Source of the DNA: the human T2T-CHM13v2.0 reference genome, Homo sapiens
Strand: one strand, 5' to 3'
Length of the DNA stretch: 64,000 bases
Assembly: GCF_009914755.1 (NCBI RefSeq)
Contig: NC_060934.1
Of this stretch, positions 17,762 through 30,620 are shown piece by piece. A program made the position numbers and the translations under genes. The first letter of the stretch is position 1; each line of letters starts with the position of its first letter. The notes beneath the pieces were generated by a model, which saw nothing but the letters and a program-made list of their open reading frames with translations, was not told the origin of the DNA and made no database searches.

Positions 17762-18849
17762 GTGTGTTGCTTCGCCTTTGGAGAATGCCATCTGCCAGAT
17801 ATGGGATCAACCTCTTAAGTCTAACATAGCAAAGAATATCCCCCATACCATTTTACTGAAGAAAAACAACAAACAGCAGTTCCTTCCGCCACACTGGGTC
17901 TTAGCACATGCAGAGCTGTGGAGTCCTGTCTGTGCACAGAGACAGGCATTGACAGGTGGAGTCAGCTTCTCCACCACTGACATCTTTCCAAGTCAGTGCT
18001 GTGCTATGTCTGCAAATGAGAAAGGGGCAGCCTGGATGATGCTATAATTGGCAGTACCAACTCCATGGAAATATTCAGAGGCTTCAGCTGTCATTTTAAA
18101 ACTGTCCTTCAGGTGGTGCCATGTCAAAGGGAAGGGACCTGCACGACTGCCCAAGGTTCCAGATACCTTAAGAGTTAAGCAGGGATTGGATGCTGGGGTT
18201 CCCGTGTTCATTTGCCCCTTTATTCAACTAGTGCTTACTAAGTGCTTAATGCATCCCAAATTATGGAAGGACCTGGGAACATATGTAAGACACTATTCAT
18301 GCTTTCAAGTTGCTTGTAGTTTAGTCAAGGAGCCAGCTTAGCATCTAAAACCATGCAACCCCAATTTCTAACCACCAGTCAACTCTCCAGTGAGCCTTCT
18401 TCATGGTAATGGCCTTTGGGATGGTGGGGCCATAACGTAGGGTTACTTGGGGAAAGCCAGCACCTTGCACACATCTATCCTGCCCTGTCCCTGAAATCCC
18501 CCAGATCCATCCACACATCACAAATCTGCTGCTCCATAAAGAAGAGCCTGACATGGGCTTGTGGAGGAAGCAATTGATCAGAAAGATGCTCTTGATCTAA
18601 TTTTATCTGTTTTTCTGCCATTGCCTCTTTCCAAATTCTTGCCCATGTGGTTTTCTCTTGGTAATCCATGTGGCCCTGGTCCGGGGCCTCCATATCTCTT
18701 GTGACTTAAGTTTAGCTCACTCTCCCAATTTTCAGAGTTTCCTGTCTTTTTCAGCTTGTGTTGAGATAACAGCAACTTGAGTATCTCCAGACGTTAATAC
18801 TTCCCAATGGGTACCTGTCTTTGGGCTTTATCTCTACTGTCTCTACTCT

Positions 18850-19460
18850 ACATAATTTTAATTGGGTCTAATTTAGAAATATTTTCCTCTATATTTTTAC
18901 TTTTTATTTTTTATGGCCTCTTGCTTTTTAAAATTTATGGTTATGGCCTGTTTAAGAACTTCTCTACTTTTTACATATTTTCTCACATTTTCACCTCTTT
19001 TACAATTTTGCCTCTATTTCAACTGGTATTTATTTTGGCGAATGATAGGAATCAGGGTGGTAGAGTGCCTATAACTTTTTTTCTTCTGCACAGATTGGCA
19101 ATTAACTCAGGGTCATTTCTGGAATGAGCTATCCTTTCTTCAATGATCTAAAATGCCGTCTTTTTCATTTTCTTATTTCTTTTATACATACGGGTCTTCC
19201 AGTTCCGTTTCATAGATTACGGCCCTGTGGCTAGGGCAAAGCATAGTAACTTTATCATACATTTTCACATCTGTTAAGGCTATTTTCCCCTCTTTGTGTT
19301 TTAGTTAGCACATTTATTTTAGTTAGTCAAGTTTTCCCCCAGAAGTATGTTGGGATTTTGAATAGGATTGCACTGAATTTATAGATTGGTTGTAGGCAGG
19401 GTTAATACCTTTGTAATATTGGGTTTTTCTTTCTGTAAATGATTTAGATATTTTAATATG
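18850..19460 (-). mobile_element. Old L1M/L1ME fragment
   Basis: T-rich segment with ttgggattttgaataggattgcactgaatttatagatt, typical of antisense L1 ORF2. Confidence 0.6.
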
Positions 19461-19479
19461 ACTACATCACCCCCAGCCA

Positions 19480-20640
19480 TATTAATTCCTTTTACGGCCT
19501 TATGTCCTTCCTAGCTCTAGTCAGTCCTTTACATTGTGTTATGAATTTGTTCACTTGTTTATTGTCTGTGTCTCCACCTAGAGTGAACACAAAATTTCCA
19601 GATTCTAGATCAATGTATAGAACATAGTAGGTGCTCGGGAATTATCGTTTTATTGATTGAATGAAATAACCTTGACTTCCTAAGGCCTATAGCCCTCAGT
19701 TTGAGAAATTCCTTTTTTTTTTTTTTTTAACTTTCTTATTTGCTGTTTGGTTCTTATTCCATTGACTGCTCACCCCACTGCCTCATTACCCTTAGCAAGC
19801 TGAGAAAACTGGGTTATCAATTCACATGTGTGCTTGCAGCCTTGTTTCACTTGGCTATAACCCCTGTTGGCATTCGTCATCCATCATTTCCCTCCTGCCT
19901 TGGGTGTCCCAAAGCCGCACCTGCTGGTTTCCTCCACCTCGCCGCGGTGTCTTTTCAGCCTCCCTGAAGGCTGTTCTGCTTCTATCCCGACCTCAAGCGA
20001 TGCATCCTGGGGAGAGGTTCCTCCTTGGCTCTGTCCTTGGTATCTCTCCCTCAGAATTGCATCATTTCAATTTCCACCAGATACTGATGACTCACATTTT
20101 CTTTTTTGGGCTAAATCTCATGTTTGTTTGTTTGTTTTTTTCCAGACACATTGATATGACTACATGCTGGACATTTTCTTGCGGAAATCCAAAAGAAATC
20201 CCCATTTTCTTGCAGAAATCTAAAATAATCTCCCCTATGTGCAAGTCAGACTGAGCACCACTCCCAAGACCATGACCTCCCCTGCAGCCCTGCTCCTTCC
20301 CACTCACCTCTCCTCTTGAGAAAGCCACCTCCCACCACCCAGTCTGCAGTGCCAGAAAACTGGAAACCAGCCCCTAAGCTGCTTTCACCTTCGGCCCATT
20401 TCTCACTAGCCAGCCTCTCCCACGGCCTCCCCAGTTTCTTCAAATACACCCCCTCCACTATTCACCATACTGCCACCGTGATTTATTTACAACTTTTTGT
20501 CCGGATTACCTCAGTAGCCTTCTAATTGTCCCCTTTGCATCTAAAGTAGCCCCTCTCATCCCCCAAATCTTACCATGTCACTCTTCTACATAATTCTGGC
20601 TTTCCATGACCCATAAACCACATTTCTCAAGTGTGCTCTA
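19480..20640 (+). mobile_element. L2 fragments
   Basis: aacatagtaggtgctc...ttgaatgaa tail at about 19620-19665; gatactgatgactcac, gccagaaaactggaaacc and related L2-like blocks. Confidence 0.55.
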
Positions 20641-22665
20641 TGCTGGCTTGAATATGTTAATGATCTTAATTCTACTTTTAGTGCAATTTTCTTAGAGCTG
20701 GCATCACTTTCATCATGACGTGAGAACTTACTAGAGATAGGCAATGATGACTCACAGTCAAGCCACATGTCATATGCTGCAGACATCTGGACTGCTGCTT
20801 ATTTGCAAATCCTTTTCTTCATATTTTTCTCATTTGTAGCACTGGATCAATTCCAATTAAGAGTTTAATAATGAATTAACTAATGATTTAAACAGGTGGA
20901 TAAGACTAACACTGAACCAATGATTTTAAGTAAATCTAAATACATAAATCCCCCCAAATTATTAATCTATGTTGTTTACTAAGAAGTGTATTAAAATGAT
21001 ATTGAAAAAGTTTGCTTTGGGAAAGAGCTAGAAGTTAGAAGGTCTAGGTTCAAATCCCGCCTCTACTCCATCCTTGACTAAGATGTTGGACCCATCACCT
21101 CAACTTTCCTTGGGTCATTTTGCCCAGACATGACCCGATGACACAGAGCTTACCTGGACCTCCACAATAGTAAATAGAACAGGGCCAGCAAACCAAAATT
21201 TGTTGAGTCCTTTAGAATTAAGTAGCTTAGATAAATTTTCATCAAAATCTTTATATAGTAGGGAATAGAAAAAAGTCAATTCTGTTTTATTTGAGGATGT
21301 ATGAATATGTTACCATTTTTCAGACTCTGATTTACCTTCCAATTATTGTTTATTGGGGTCATTGTAAATTAGTTATCATTTTTTGAATACACATTCACTG
21401 CTGACAAAGTGGTGAAGCCAGAAGTTATGTTTGACCAGGGAAGATTATGACCCTCAAAGGAGAAAAATTCACAGGGGGTAGTTGATTATTGGTGGAATGG
21501 AGTGAGAGTGAATTCCTTAAAAGTTTAAACGAAAGCAGAACTATATTCATATCGTGGAGGGAACTTAGTTTCTAATATGATGAACTATTGCCCCAAGTCA
21601 TGACAATACCTTGCTCTCTGGAAGAGAATGAGTGAGTTTTTCATCCGCCAAGATACACACTCTATATTTCCAACCATCACATCTGCCTTGCAGGCTGACT
21701 GAACCCAGAGCAAATCAATCACAAAAGTTAATCCAAAAGACTTCCCTTCAGCTGCTGGAAATCAGTCATCACATCTGTGAAAAGAGTGCTAGTTATAACA
21801 AATGAGATCACAAATTTGACCATTTTATTAGACACCCTCTATTAGTGTTAACAGACAAAGATGAAGGTTAAGTTGAAATCAAATTGAAATCATCTTCCCT
21901 CTGTACAGATTGCAATATCTGATAATACCCTCAACTTTCTTGGTGCAAATTAATTGCCTGGTACTCACAGTCCAGTGTTAACAGGCAATAATGGTGTGAT
22001 TCCAGAGGAGAGGACTAGGTGGCAGGAAAATAAATGAGATTAGCAGTATTTGACTTGGAGCCATAGGCATCAATTCTGCTCCAGCTGTCGACCAGGTTCT
22101 AAAAACAAGACTCGGAGCAGCTTTTGCTCTTGCTAGTGATGCAGGGCCAGGAGAGCCCCCACACTCTGCATTTGCAGGTGTCCATGAGGGGAAGCCACTC
22201 CTGCATTTATCCTGTGAGTGGAGAAGCTCAGAGGAATGAGGACATTCCAACAGGGTATCAGAATTCTCTTTTGTTTATGCTAATTGACAGCAGGAACATC
22301 ACCATCTTGGACAAACACCACCATTTTAAGTTCTCTTTTATTTAAAAACTGCCTAAATCCAGCCCCAAAACATCAGCCTAATGGCTATTGTCAGCATAAT
22401 CAGAAACATTCCAACCCTAAGATAAACACCCCTCTGGCCAGAAATATGCCGACCCCGAGACAGCCTCCCCTCCGACCAGAGACATTCCAAACCCGCAGTA
22501 AACTTTCCTTCGCATGGAAACATTCCAAACCTACAAAAAGCTTCCCTCTTCCTAAACCCTTAAATATCCTTAGTCTGCAAGAGAGAATGCTCCTGACTGA
22601 AATCAGCCAGAAGCCCCTCTCAGGTTTATTCTCCAAAATAAACCTGTCTTTGACTGTTGAGCCAC
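20146..22665 (+). ncRNA. LINC00707: Candidate terminal exon of the host lncRNA
   Basis: Strong acceptor tgtttgtttgtttgttttttccAG| at 20145; AATAAA near 22637 inside a sense LTR; several stretches (e.g. tcacatctgtgaaaagagtgct, ccaacagggtatcagaattctc) recalled as LINC00707 sequence; 3' end inferred. Confidence 0.5.
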
Positions 22666-22701
22666 TTTTTGTGTTTCTTTCCTCTTTGTTTAACCCTTAC
22701 A
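22285..22701 (+). mobile_element. Solo LTR (LTR47-like)
   Basis: TGACAGCAGG...CCTTACA with perfect 5-bp TSD CTAAT (22280-22284, 22702-22706); internal gaaacattccaa repeats; AATAAA. Subfamily from memory. Confidence 0.8.
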
Positions 22702-23591
22702 CTAATGTTAAATTTACATAACATTGAGTACTTCATGCTTTCCAGAGAATAAGGAGAATGCACATGAACTAATGCAAAGTTACACAGGTAATGTGACTTC
22801 ATCATTAGCATATGGTGTTATACAAATAAATTATCCAAACTTTTGAAATTGATATATTTATCAATGGTAAAGCTAATAATTATCATTAACTGGAACCTTC
22901 CATGTGCAAAATACTACATGTCTTATGTCATAATCCTCAAAACCTGCAAACTATTATTATTTACGTTTTATAGATAAGGAAACTAATGATCAGTGAGATT
23001 GAATCAACTGTTTTAAGTCATCTATATAGTCAATGAGACTATATTGACACCAGGTCAGTTTGATTCCAAATTATATGCTTTATACCATATTGTGATAATA
23101 TATACTTAGAGTTTCTACTTCTCTTGAGTTACACCATGACCACCATAAACTCAACCTGTCACTCAAAACAACAGAAATGACAATCCAAAGATTCTGTATT
23201 TGTAGGTTGAGGATCAACTCAAATAGTTACCTAAGTCCCAGACCATTGTAGAAAACATGGATCTCCTAAAATAGGATGACAAGGCCAAGACCACCTTCGC
23301 CAGATGGAGGCAGCAGAGATCAGAGGATTTGTATACAGAATCGCGCAGTCCCAGCTAAGTGAGGGCAGCTTGTCAACAGTATAGGTATAGGAATACAAGA
23401 ACGTGAAGTTGATACACAGCTTTAGTCCTCACCTAAAATCATATTGGAGACATGGAGCAAGGTCAGTGAAGGGACATTCAGCCAGAAATGAGGAGGAAGA
23501 GGTCAAGATGAACAGCAGGAGTCAGGAGTCTGTGTGTGAGCCAGTGAACCAGGAAGTCTCAGCCAGGTCAGCTGACCCAAAGGGAAATCAG

Positions 23592-23681
23592 CTGCATGGT
23601 CACTGTGCAGCTGAGTTTGAGTTGCATGTTATTCATCTGCATGGTCACTGTGCAACTGAGTTTGAATGGCATGTTATTCAT
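23592..23681. repeat. 45-bp tandem duplication
   Basis: ctgcatggtcactgtgcagctgagtttgagttgcatgttattcat twice, 3 mismatches. Confidence 0.93.
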
Positions 23682-24900
23682 CTTTTTTTCCATAAGTGAG
23701 AAGTGTTTTAAGCTGGTAACTTTCTAGATACCCACTTTAATGTTAATAGATTTTTTTTCCATCCCAAAAGGGATGAATGCAAAGGCCCTAGCAAGAACAC
23801 AGCTATCATTTTCCACTGGAGTTATTATCCAGGGATGGGGGTGGTGAACTCATCCTGGCTCATAATGTGTTAGAAGATAAATCACTCCTTCTAAGTAAAA
23901 GCAAACCTTTCAGTGGTATTTCTAGGAGAACACATGCTGCCTGGTGAGCAGAGGTTACTCAGGAATATGCTGGTAAATTGAGAGAAACCATCCTCATCTC
24001 CCACTCTCCAACACCCTCTGTTTTAAGAGCAGGAAATTCGCTTCAAGGAAACAAGAACTCATAGGGGTAGAAAGGAGCCCAGAGATCACCTAGCTCAACT
24101 GTGCACTTTATGAATGTGAAAATAAGATACTGAGAAGGTGTTAAATGCCATTAGTTCACTATCTTGCCTGTATTGCAACATCGGCCTTCTGTTTCCCTGT
24201 TGAGTTCTTTACTACATGCTTAAAGCAACATCAGACACGTAGGGGAGGCTGCACAGAAAGCAGAAGGCCAGTGAAGAAGGTTTACACAATTCTCCAGAAA
24301 ACATAAAAGAGAAAAGGATTGAAACTGACTCTTACGTTTTCAGAGAGATAAAATATAAACAAGAAAAATTTGAAATTTAACCCCAGAAGACAGATAAGAT
24401 CCTATTAGTTTAATCAAAAAGTTGGTAACACAAACACATGACTAAGATAAAGGGGCATAAAATGTACCTTCCCCCCACCCCCAACAAAAAAATCTAATCT
24501 CATCTAAGATGCAGAAGAAAACAACTATAAATCAAGAAGATACACAACTTAGGAGAAATCTACCAGCCTGAAGCCATCAATAGTGTGGGGAACATTTGGT
24601 TAAGGATAAATGGAGAGGAAGCTTAGCTGATACAGTTTTAGAATTGAGGTTATGGATGATGTTATCCTGGTACACAGACCTAGTATCACAAACCTGACAG
24701 AGAAATAAGATCTAGTAGCAGCAAGGAATTCCAACTATGGACATTTGCTGGAAGTCTCATTCTCAGAATATCTGATAAATCCCTGGCTTGTCTTATTGAC
24801 AATTTAATCTCCCAGAACAGTGAGGTAAAATTCAATTCTCGAATCAAATAAAGGAGTTATCCAAAATTTTTCTTTTATGGTAGTGTTTCTTAAGGAATCA

Positions 24901-25111
24901 TTGGCCAACATTGCAAAACCCAGTCTCTACTAAAAATACAAAAATTAGCTGGGCATGGTGGCACGTGCTTGTAATCTCAGCTACTCAGGAGGCTGAGGCA
25001 GGAGAATTGCTTGAACCCAGGAGGCAGAGGTTGCAGTGAGCCGAGATTACACCCCAGCCTGGGTGACAAGAGCAAAACTCCGTCCCAAAAAAAAAAAAAA
25101 AAAAAAAAAAA
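24901..25111 (+). mobile_element. 5'-truncated AluS
   Basis: Begins at tggccaacat; right arm and long poly(A). Confidence 0.92.
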
Positions 25112-26079
25112 GATCCATGAACCACTACTGGGTGTTCACAAGGTTAACATGTTTTTTTTTGAAAAATACTATCACATTTTTTATTTTCACTCCTTTAATA
25201 TTTGCATGAAAGGTGCGAAAGCAATGGTGAGTAAAACATCCGTCCTTAGCATAAATCAACTAGTGGCATCTAATTGTCTGGTGGTCATTTGATTCTTCGC
25301 TACCACACACTCAAATAAATCAATATATAAATAAGTAAGCAGAAGCCACTGTTGTTTGTTCAAGAATGTCCTAATGAAGCAGTGGAAGTATTAATTTTAT
25401 TAAATCTTGACCCTTGAGTACAGATCTTCTTAATAGTTTGTATGGCAACATGGAAAGTACACCACAGCTAAGGTATGTCAAACTACAATGATTGTCTCAA
25501 GAAGAAGCATCTGTGCAATCATTTGAGTTGCAAGCTGAACTAGCCACTTTTTTTTTTCATGGAACTACCTTTTTATTTGAAAAATTAGCTAACAAAGTAT
25601 ATGTATTCAGGTTTGGTCATTTAGCAGGCTTTTCTTGAAATAAAAGGAGAGAGTGTGTAATGTCAAGGAAAAGAATTGATAGTATTTGTGGTCTAATAAA
25701 ACTTCAGTTTTCTGGTGAAATTAGAATTTCTGAAAACTTTTACTCACCAAGATGACCCTGACGGTGGCAAATATTTGAACACTTTTCTAGTGATGTCAAT
25801 GGTGGGTTTTTTGATATCATACAATTACATGTGTAAACATTTGAAAAACCAAATGCATGATGTTGCAAAATCATGCATGAGTAAAAAGTAGCATTCAAAG
25901 TGCAAGACAGACTAATGGATTTTAATGCAAAAGAGTATGCAAAATTTATCAATAGGTTTCCAATTTCATATCACAAGCAACTTTAAGAAAACATTACTAC
26001 TCAAAATTGTTGTTGTTAACGTCAATAAAGAATATCCGCAGTTAACTGAAAAGGCTGTAAAATAACCCTCTCATTTTAA

Positions 26080-26208
26080 CCCATTTATGCCTGAGGTTGC
26101 AATTTTTTGAATTTGAAAAATCAGACCTTGGTGATGGCCTTGAGCAGTAGGATATAAATAACTCCCACATGCTTAGCGTTCCAATAATGGAACAGTAGGC
26201 ATAAATGG
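26080..26208 (-). mobile_element. MER85 non-autonomous piggyBac element
   Basis: TTAA then CCCATTTATGCCT ... AGGCATAAATGG terminal inverted repeats; internal palindrome gttccaataatggaac. Confidence 0.92.
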
Positions 26209-27918
26209 CACCAACAATTTTGACTATAAACTACCTATTTGAGTTTATATTTTCTTCATTTACTTCAGCCAAAGCAATAGCACAGCAGACTAAATGCAGA
26301 ATCAGATACGAGAAGCCAGACACCAAAGAAATTCATAGAAATTAAAACAATACTATTCTTTCCACTAATTATTTTTAAAATGTCATGTAAAATTGGCGTG
26401 TCATATAACAACATCATATAAAATTCAATATAAATTTCAATGAGTTCATTGCTATTTTTAAATTAATTCTCTAAACATTTTTATGGTAAATGTCAATAAT
26501 AACTCACATTAGTGAAAGCTCTTTGGGGTCCTCCATCATTTTTAAAGGCATAAAGGGATCCTGAGATGAAAATGTTTCATAACCTCTGTTTCATGATAGC
26601 CCCAACCTCCACCATTCCCAGCAAACCTATTTCCCTTAACTTGCTTAATTTTTTCCGTAGCACTCAGCCCCTCCTAGCATATTTTGCTTTGATTCTCTGT
26701 TTGATGTTTATCTCCCACAACTGGAATCTTTACTCCATGGTGAAGGAACCTTGTCATAGTTTTGTGCACTCTTCTATTCTTGGTGCAGAAGATATCCTGG
26801 CATATAGTAGGCACTCAATGAATATTTGTTGAGTGAATGACTTAAGTGAATGATTAATAATATCTGTCCTTCAAAGGCTTCCCGCCACCAGCCCTCCCAT
26901 TTTTATGGTGCAAGTCTCTAGGATTTTCCATCAGTGTCTGTCTGAACTTGAGCAGACCCACAGTTGCTACCCGAGACATGCTTGACCTTGCCTGTTTATA
27001 CCCCTCTGCAAGGAGAGCTCAGTGCATACTGTAGATGATTTTTCACCTGGAAAAGTCTCTTTAAAACTCAGAGCACTATGTCAGTCTTGTATCCAAACAT
27101 CCTAAAGTATTTCCATTTCCTTTTAGTAAAATTACAGAGCAGCACTTCAGGCACTGCCAGACGCCTTGGTCTCGAACTGCGACCACTAATTGTCTACTCA
27201 GACTATGTTGCTTTAACGAGGGAAAGTCGAAGCTTCTTCACCTAACGATAACACTAATCTCAAAATCACAAGCTTATAGCTTAAGACAAATTCAGAAAAA
27301 TGTCTGGGAGTATTATTTAAAAAGTACAAGCTCACTATGAGTGAAACAGATTATGATACAATCTTGTGCTGTGCCCATTAAGGATAGTGTTGACCAAAAA
27401 AAAAAAAAAAATTAGTGCTTTTGCACATAATTTGTACTGGCAAAGCCACATTTCCAAAGAAGGAGTCATAAATGAAATTGTCATAGAAGGGAGAGATGAG
27501 GGCAAACAAGGAATGCTTTGTCTAAGAGAGTGAAGACAGTGGGGCATGAGGGTTGTTTTCAGATACATTAAGGCCTCAGTCCCTGTGGCCCTGGGAGTCA
27601 ACGCTAGATAAATTGGTATAAGGGAAGCAGTTTTAACATTCTCATAAATAAATACATAATAATTTCAGGTATTTGGGAGTGGGACAGATTCCCTTGCCTG
27701 GCTGCGAGCGTGCCTTTCTCTAGAGTATTTAAGAATGCTTATTGGCTAGCTGCAGGAAGAAACCTTAAGACAGGGATTTCTTCATTAGTTTGGCTTGGAA
27801 GGATGAAGGGGTTCTTATATGTCTTTTAAAGTTTTGAGGGTTTGTTGTTTGTTTTACCAATAAGATTATGGTAAAAATATAGATTCCTATTTTTGTATTC
27901 TAGTATATTTCTGCATTT

Positions 27919-28221
27919 ATTTATTTTTTGTGGGGGGGGGGTGGGACAGAGTTTCGCTCGTTTCCCAGGCTGGAGTGCAATAGCGTGATCTCGGCTCACC
28001 ACAACCTCCACCTCCTGGGTTCAAGCAATTCTCCTGCCTTAGCCTCCTGAGTAGCTGGGATTACAGGCATGCACCACCATGCCTGGCTAATTTTGTATTT
28101 TTAGTGGAGACGGGCTTTCTCCATGTTGGTCAGGCTGGTTTTGAACTCCCGACCTCAGGTGATCCGCCTTCCTCAGCCTCCCAAAGTGCTGGGATTACAG
28201 GCGTGAGCCACTGAACCTGGC
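27919..28221 (-). mobile_element. AluS (Sp/Sq-like)
   Basis: Full antisense dimer; TSD tatttctgcattt / tatttctgtattt. Confidence 0.95.
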
Positions 28222-28573
28222 TATTTCTGTATTTTTATGTGCCACTTTTTATGACAATTAATTCAGAAAATTCAGAACAATAACACTGTATTTCAATTGC
28301 TTGCAAATTTAAAATATTTCTCTATAAACATTCATTCATTTTTACTGTTTAAAGGAAAGGATGACATTGATGGCATAATACTGAATCTTAATTCTTCAAT
28401 AAAGTTATTAGTAATTTTCTTTATTTTACATGAAGTAACTACTTCACTAGACCCTTCATTGATGGTGCAAAGGGGAAACTTGAACACAAGCCCTGTGAGA
28501 TAAATTAACCTGGCTGAACCTGCTGTCACTAACAACCTCTCCAGTCAGGTGAAATGTCCAGCTTGTTAACTAA

Positions 28574-28899
<326 letters not shown>

Positions 28900-29049
28900 C
28901 TGAGTTTCTAAAGAATTGTTAAAACTGCCTTAACATATTTTTGAGACATACACACACAAAATCTTGGAATGCAAATTGATGATGGCAGAACATCCAGCCT
29001 ATAGAGTGTGAAATTAACAGAATCCAAGAGCACAGAAATAATCTAATCA

Positions 29050-30240
29050 GTTGACCAAATGAATAATTCTTACTTTGACTCTCTGGGTTACCTAGACAGA
29101 ATATTTAGAAAGGTGGTAATAAACTACAGAGAATCTAGCAAAGTATGGGATAAATTGTCAGATTAAAAATAATAACTGTATATACAAAATTGATTGTATT
29201 TATGTGAGCAATGAACAATTGGTCATTGAAATTTTAAAATATTACTGTTTGAAAGAGCAGCAAAAACTTAGGGATGAGTCTAACAAAAGATGTGGAAGAT
29301 TTGTATGATGAAAGCTGTGAAACATTGGTGATAAAAATGAAAGAAATCCAATAAATGTAGAGGATGTATGGTGTCCCTGAGTGGAAAGCCCCAAGGTTGT
29401 TAATACATCAGTGCTCCCGCAAAAGATCCATAGACTCACATAATACAAATAAAATTCTTAGAAGGGCTTTTTTTTGGGGTTAAAATTTATGAGTTGATCC
29501 TAAAGTTTATACAACAAAGCAAAGAACTTAAAACACCGAAAACAGTTTTGAAGAAAAAAAAAATCAGAGAACTTGTTGTACCTAATTTCAAGACTTACAG
29601 AAAAGCACAGAAATCAAGGAAGGTATTGGTAAAAGAAGAGACTTTCTAGCTCAATGGATCTGAATAGAGATTCCAGAAATAGACCTACACATACATGGTC
29701 AGTTATTTTTTGACAATGGTGCCATTTAATGGGCAAAAGATAGCCATTTCAACAAATTATACCAGAACAATTGTTCATCCATATGCCAAAAATAAAATTT
29801 ATATGAAAAAAGTGAAATTTACACTATATAAAATTAACTTGAAACAGATCACCTAAATATAAGACCTACAACTATAAAACCTCTAGAAGAAAATACAGAA
29901 GAAAATTATTGAGACCTTGGCAAATAAATCTTAAGACACAAAAGAAAAATTCTGCTGATCATTTTTAGACATTTAGCGTGTCATCTGATTTCTCAACAGC
30001 AGCACTGAGAGTTGGAAGGCAATGGCATAATATGCTGAAAGAACATGATAACTGTCAACCAGATTTATATCCTCAGTGAGAATATTTTTAGGAATGAGAG
30101 CTATACCTATTTCCAGACAAAATAAAACAGAAATTTGCCACCGAAAAAAGAAAAAATCATAAAAGAAGCAATTGATTAACTGGACTTCATCAAAATTAAA
30201 AACTTCTGCTCTTTGAAACAGACTGTTATTAAAAAAAAAA
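29050..30240 (+). mobile_element. Old L1M ORF2 fragment
   Basis: cctaatttcaagacttac, ccagaaatagacctacacatacatggtcagttattttttgacaa, tggacttcatcaaaattaaaaacttctgctc. Confidence 0.8.
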
Positions 30241-30249
30241 GTAAGCTGC

Positions 30250-30505
30250 AGGCTGTCATTCAGGCTGGAATGCAGTGTGCAATCATGGGCCCCTGGGCTT
30301 AAGTGATCCTCCTGCCTCAGCCTCCTGAGTAGCTAGAAATAAAGGCCCAAGCCACTGCACCTGGCTAATATTTTTTTAAAAAATTTATAGAGATAGGGTC
30401 TTGCTATCTTGCCCAGCCTGGTCTCAAACACCTGGTTTCAAGCCATTCTCTCACTTTGGCCTCCCGCAGTGCTGGCATTCCAGGCATAAGCCACCACACT
30501 GGGCC
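30250..30505 (-). mobile_element. AluJ lacking its tail
   Basis: caggctggaatgcagtg...gagatagggtcttgctatcttgcccag...agccaccacactggg. Confidence 0.85.
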
Positions 30506-30506
30506 T

Positions 30507-30620
30507 CTACTCTACTTTTCGATGTTTAGGTATGTTTAGATACACAAATACCTACCATTGTGTTAACAATTGCCCGTATATTCAGTAGAATCACATGCTG
30601 TACAGGTTTGTAGCCTAGGA
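30507..30620. mobile_element. Tigger3/Golem-like fragment
   Basis: tatgtttagatacacaaatacctaccattgtgtta...catgctgtacaggtttgtagcctagga. Confidence 0.7.

Larger units (their letters stand above)
24881..26588. mobile_element. Charlie1-like hAT transposon relic carrying an Alu and a MER85
   Basis: Start tagtgtttcttaag; internal gcatgatgttgcaaaatcatgcatgagtaaaa...caaagtgcaagacagac; end gggatcctgagatgaaaatgtttcataacctctg; flanking 8-mers ttttatgg / tttcatga. Confidence 0.7.

Noticed and set aside
22284-22721. 145-codon ORF in the candidate lncRNA exon
   Set aside because: TTG start, coincides with the solo LTR, no recognisable domain
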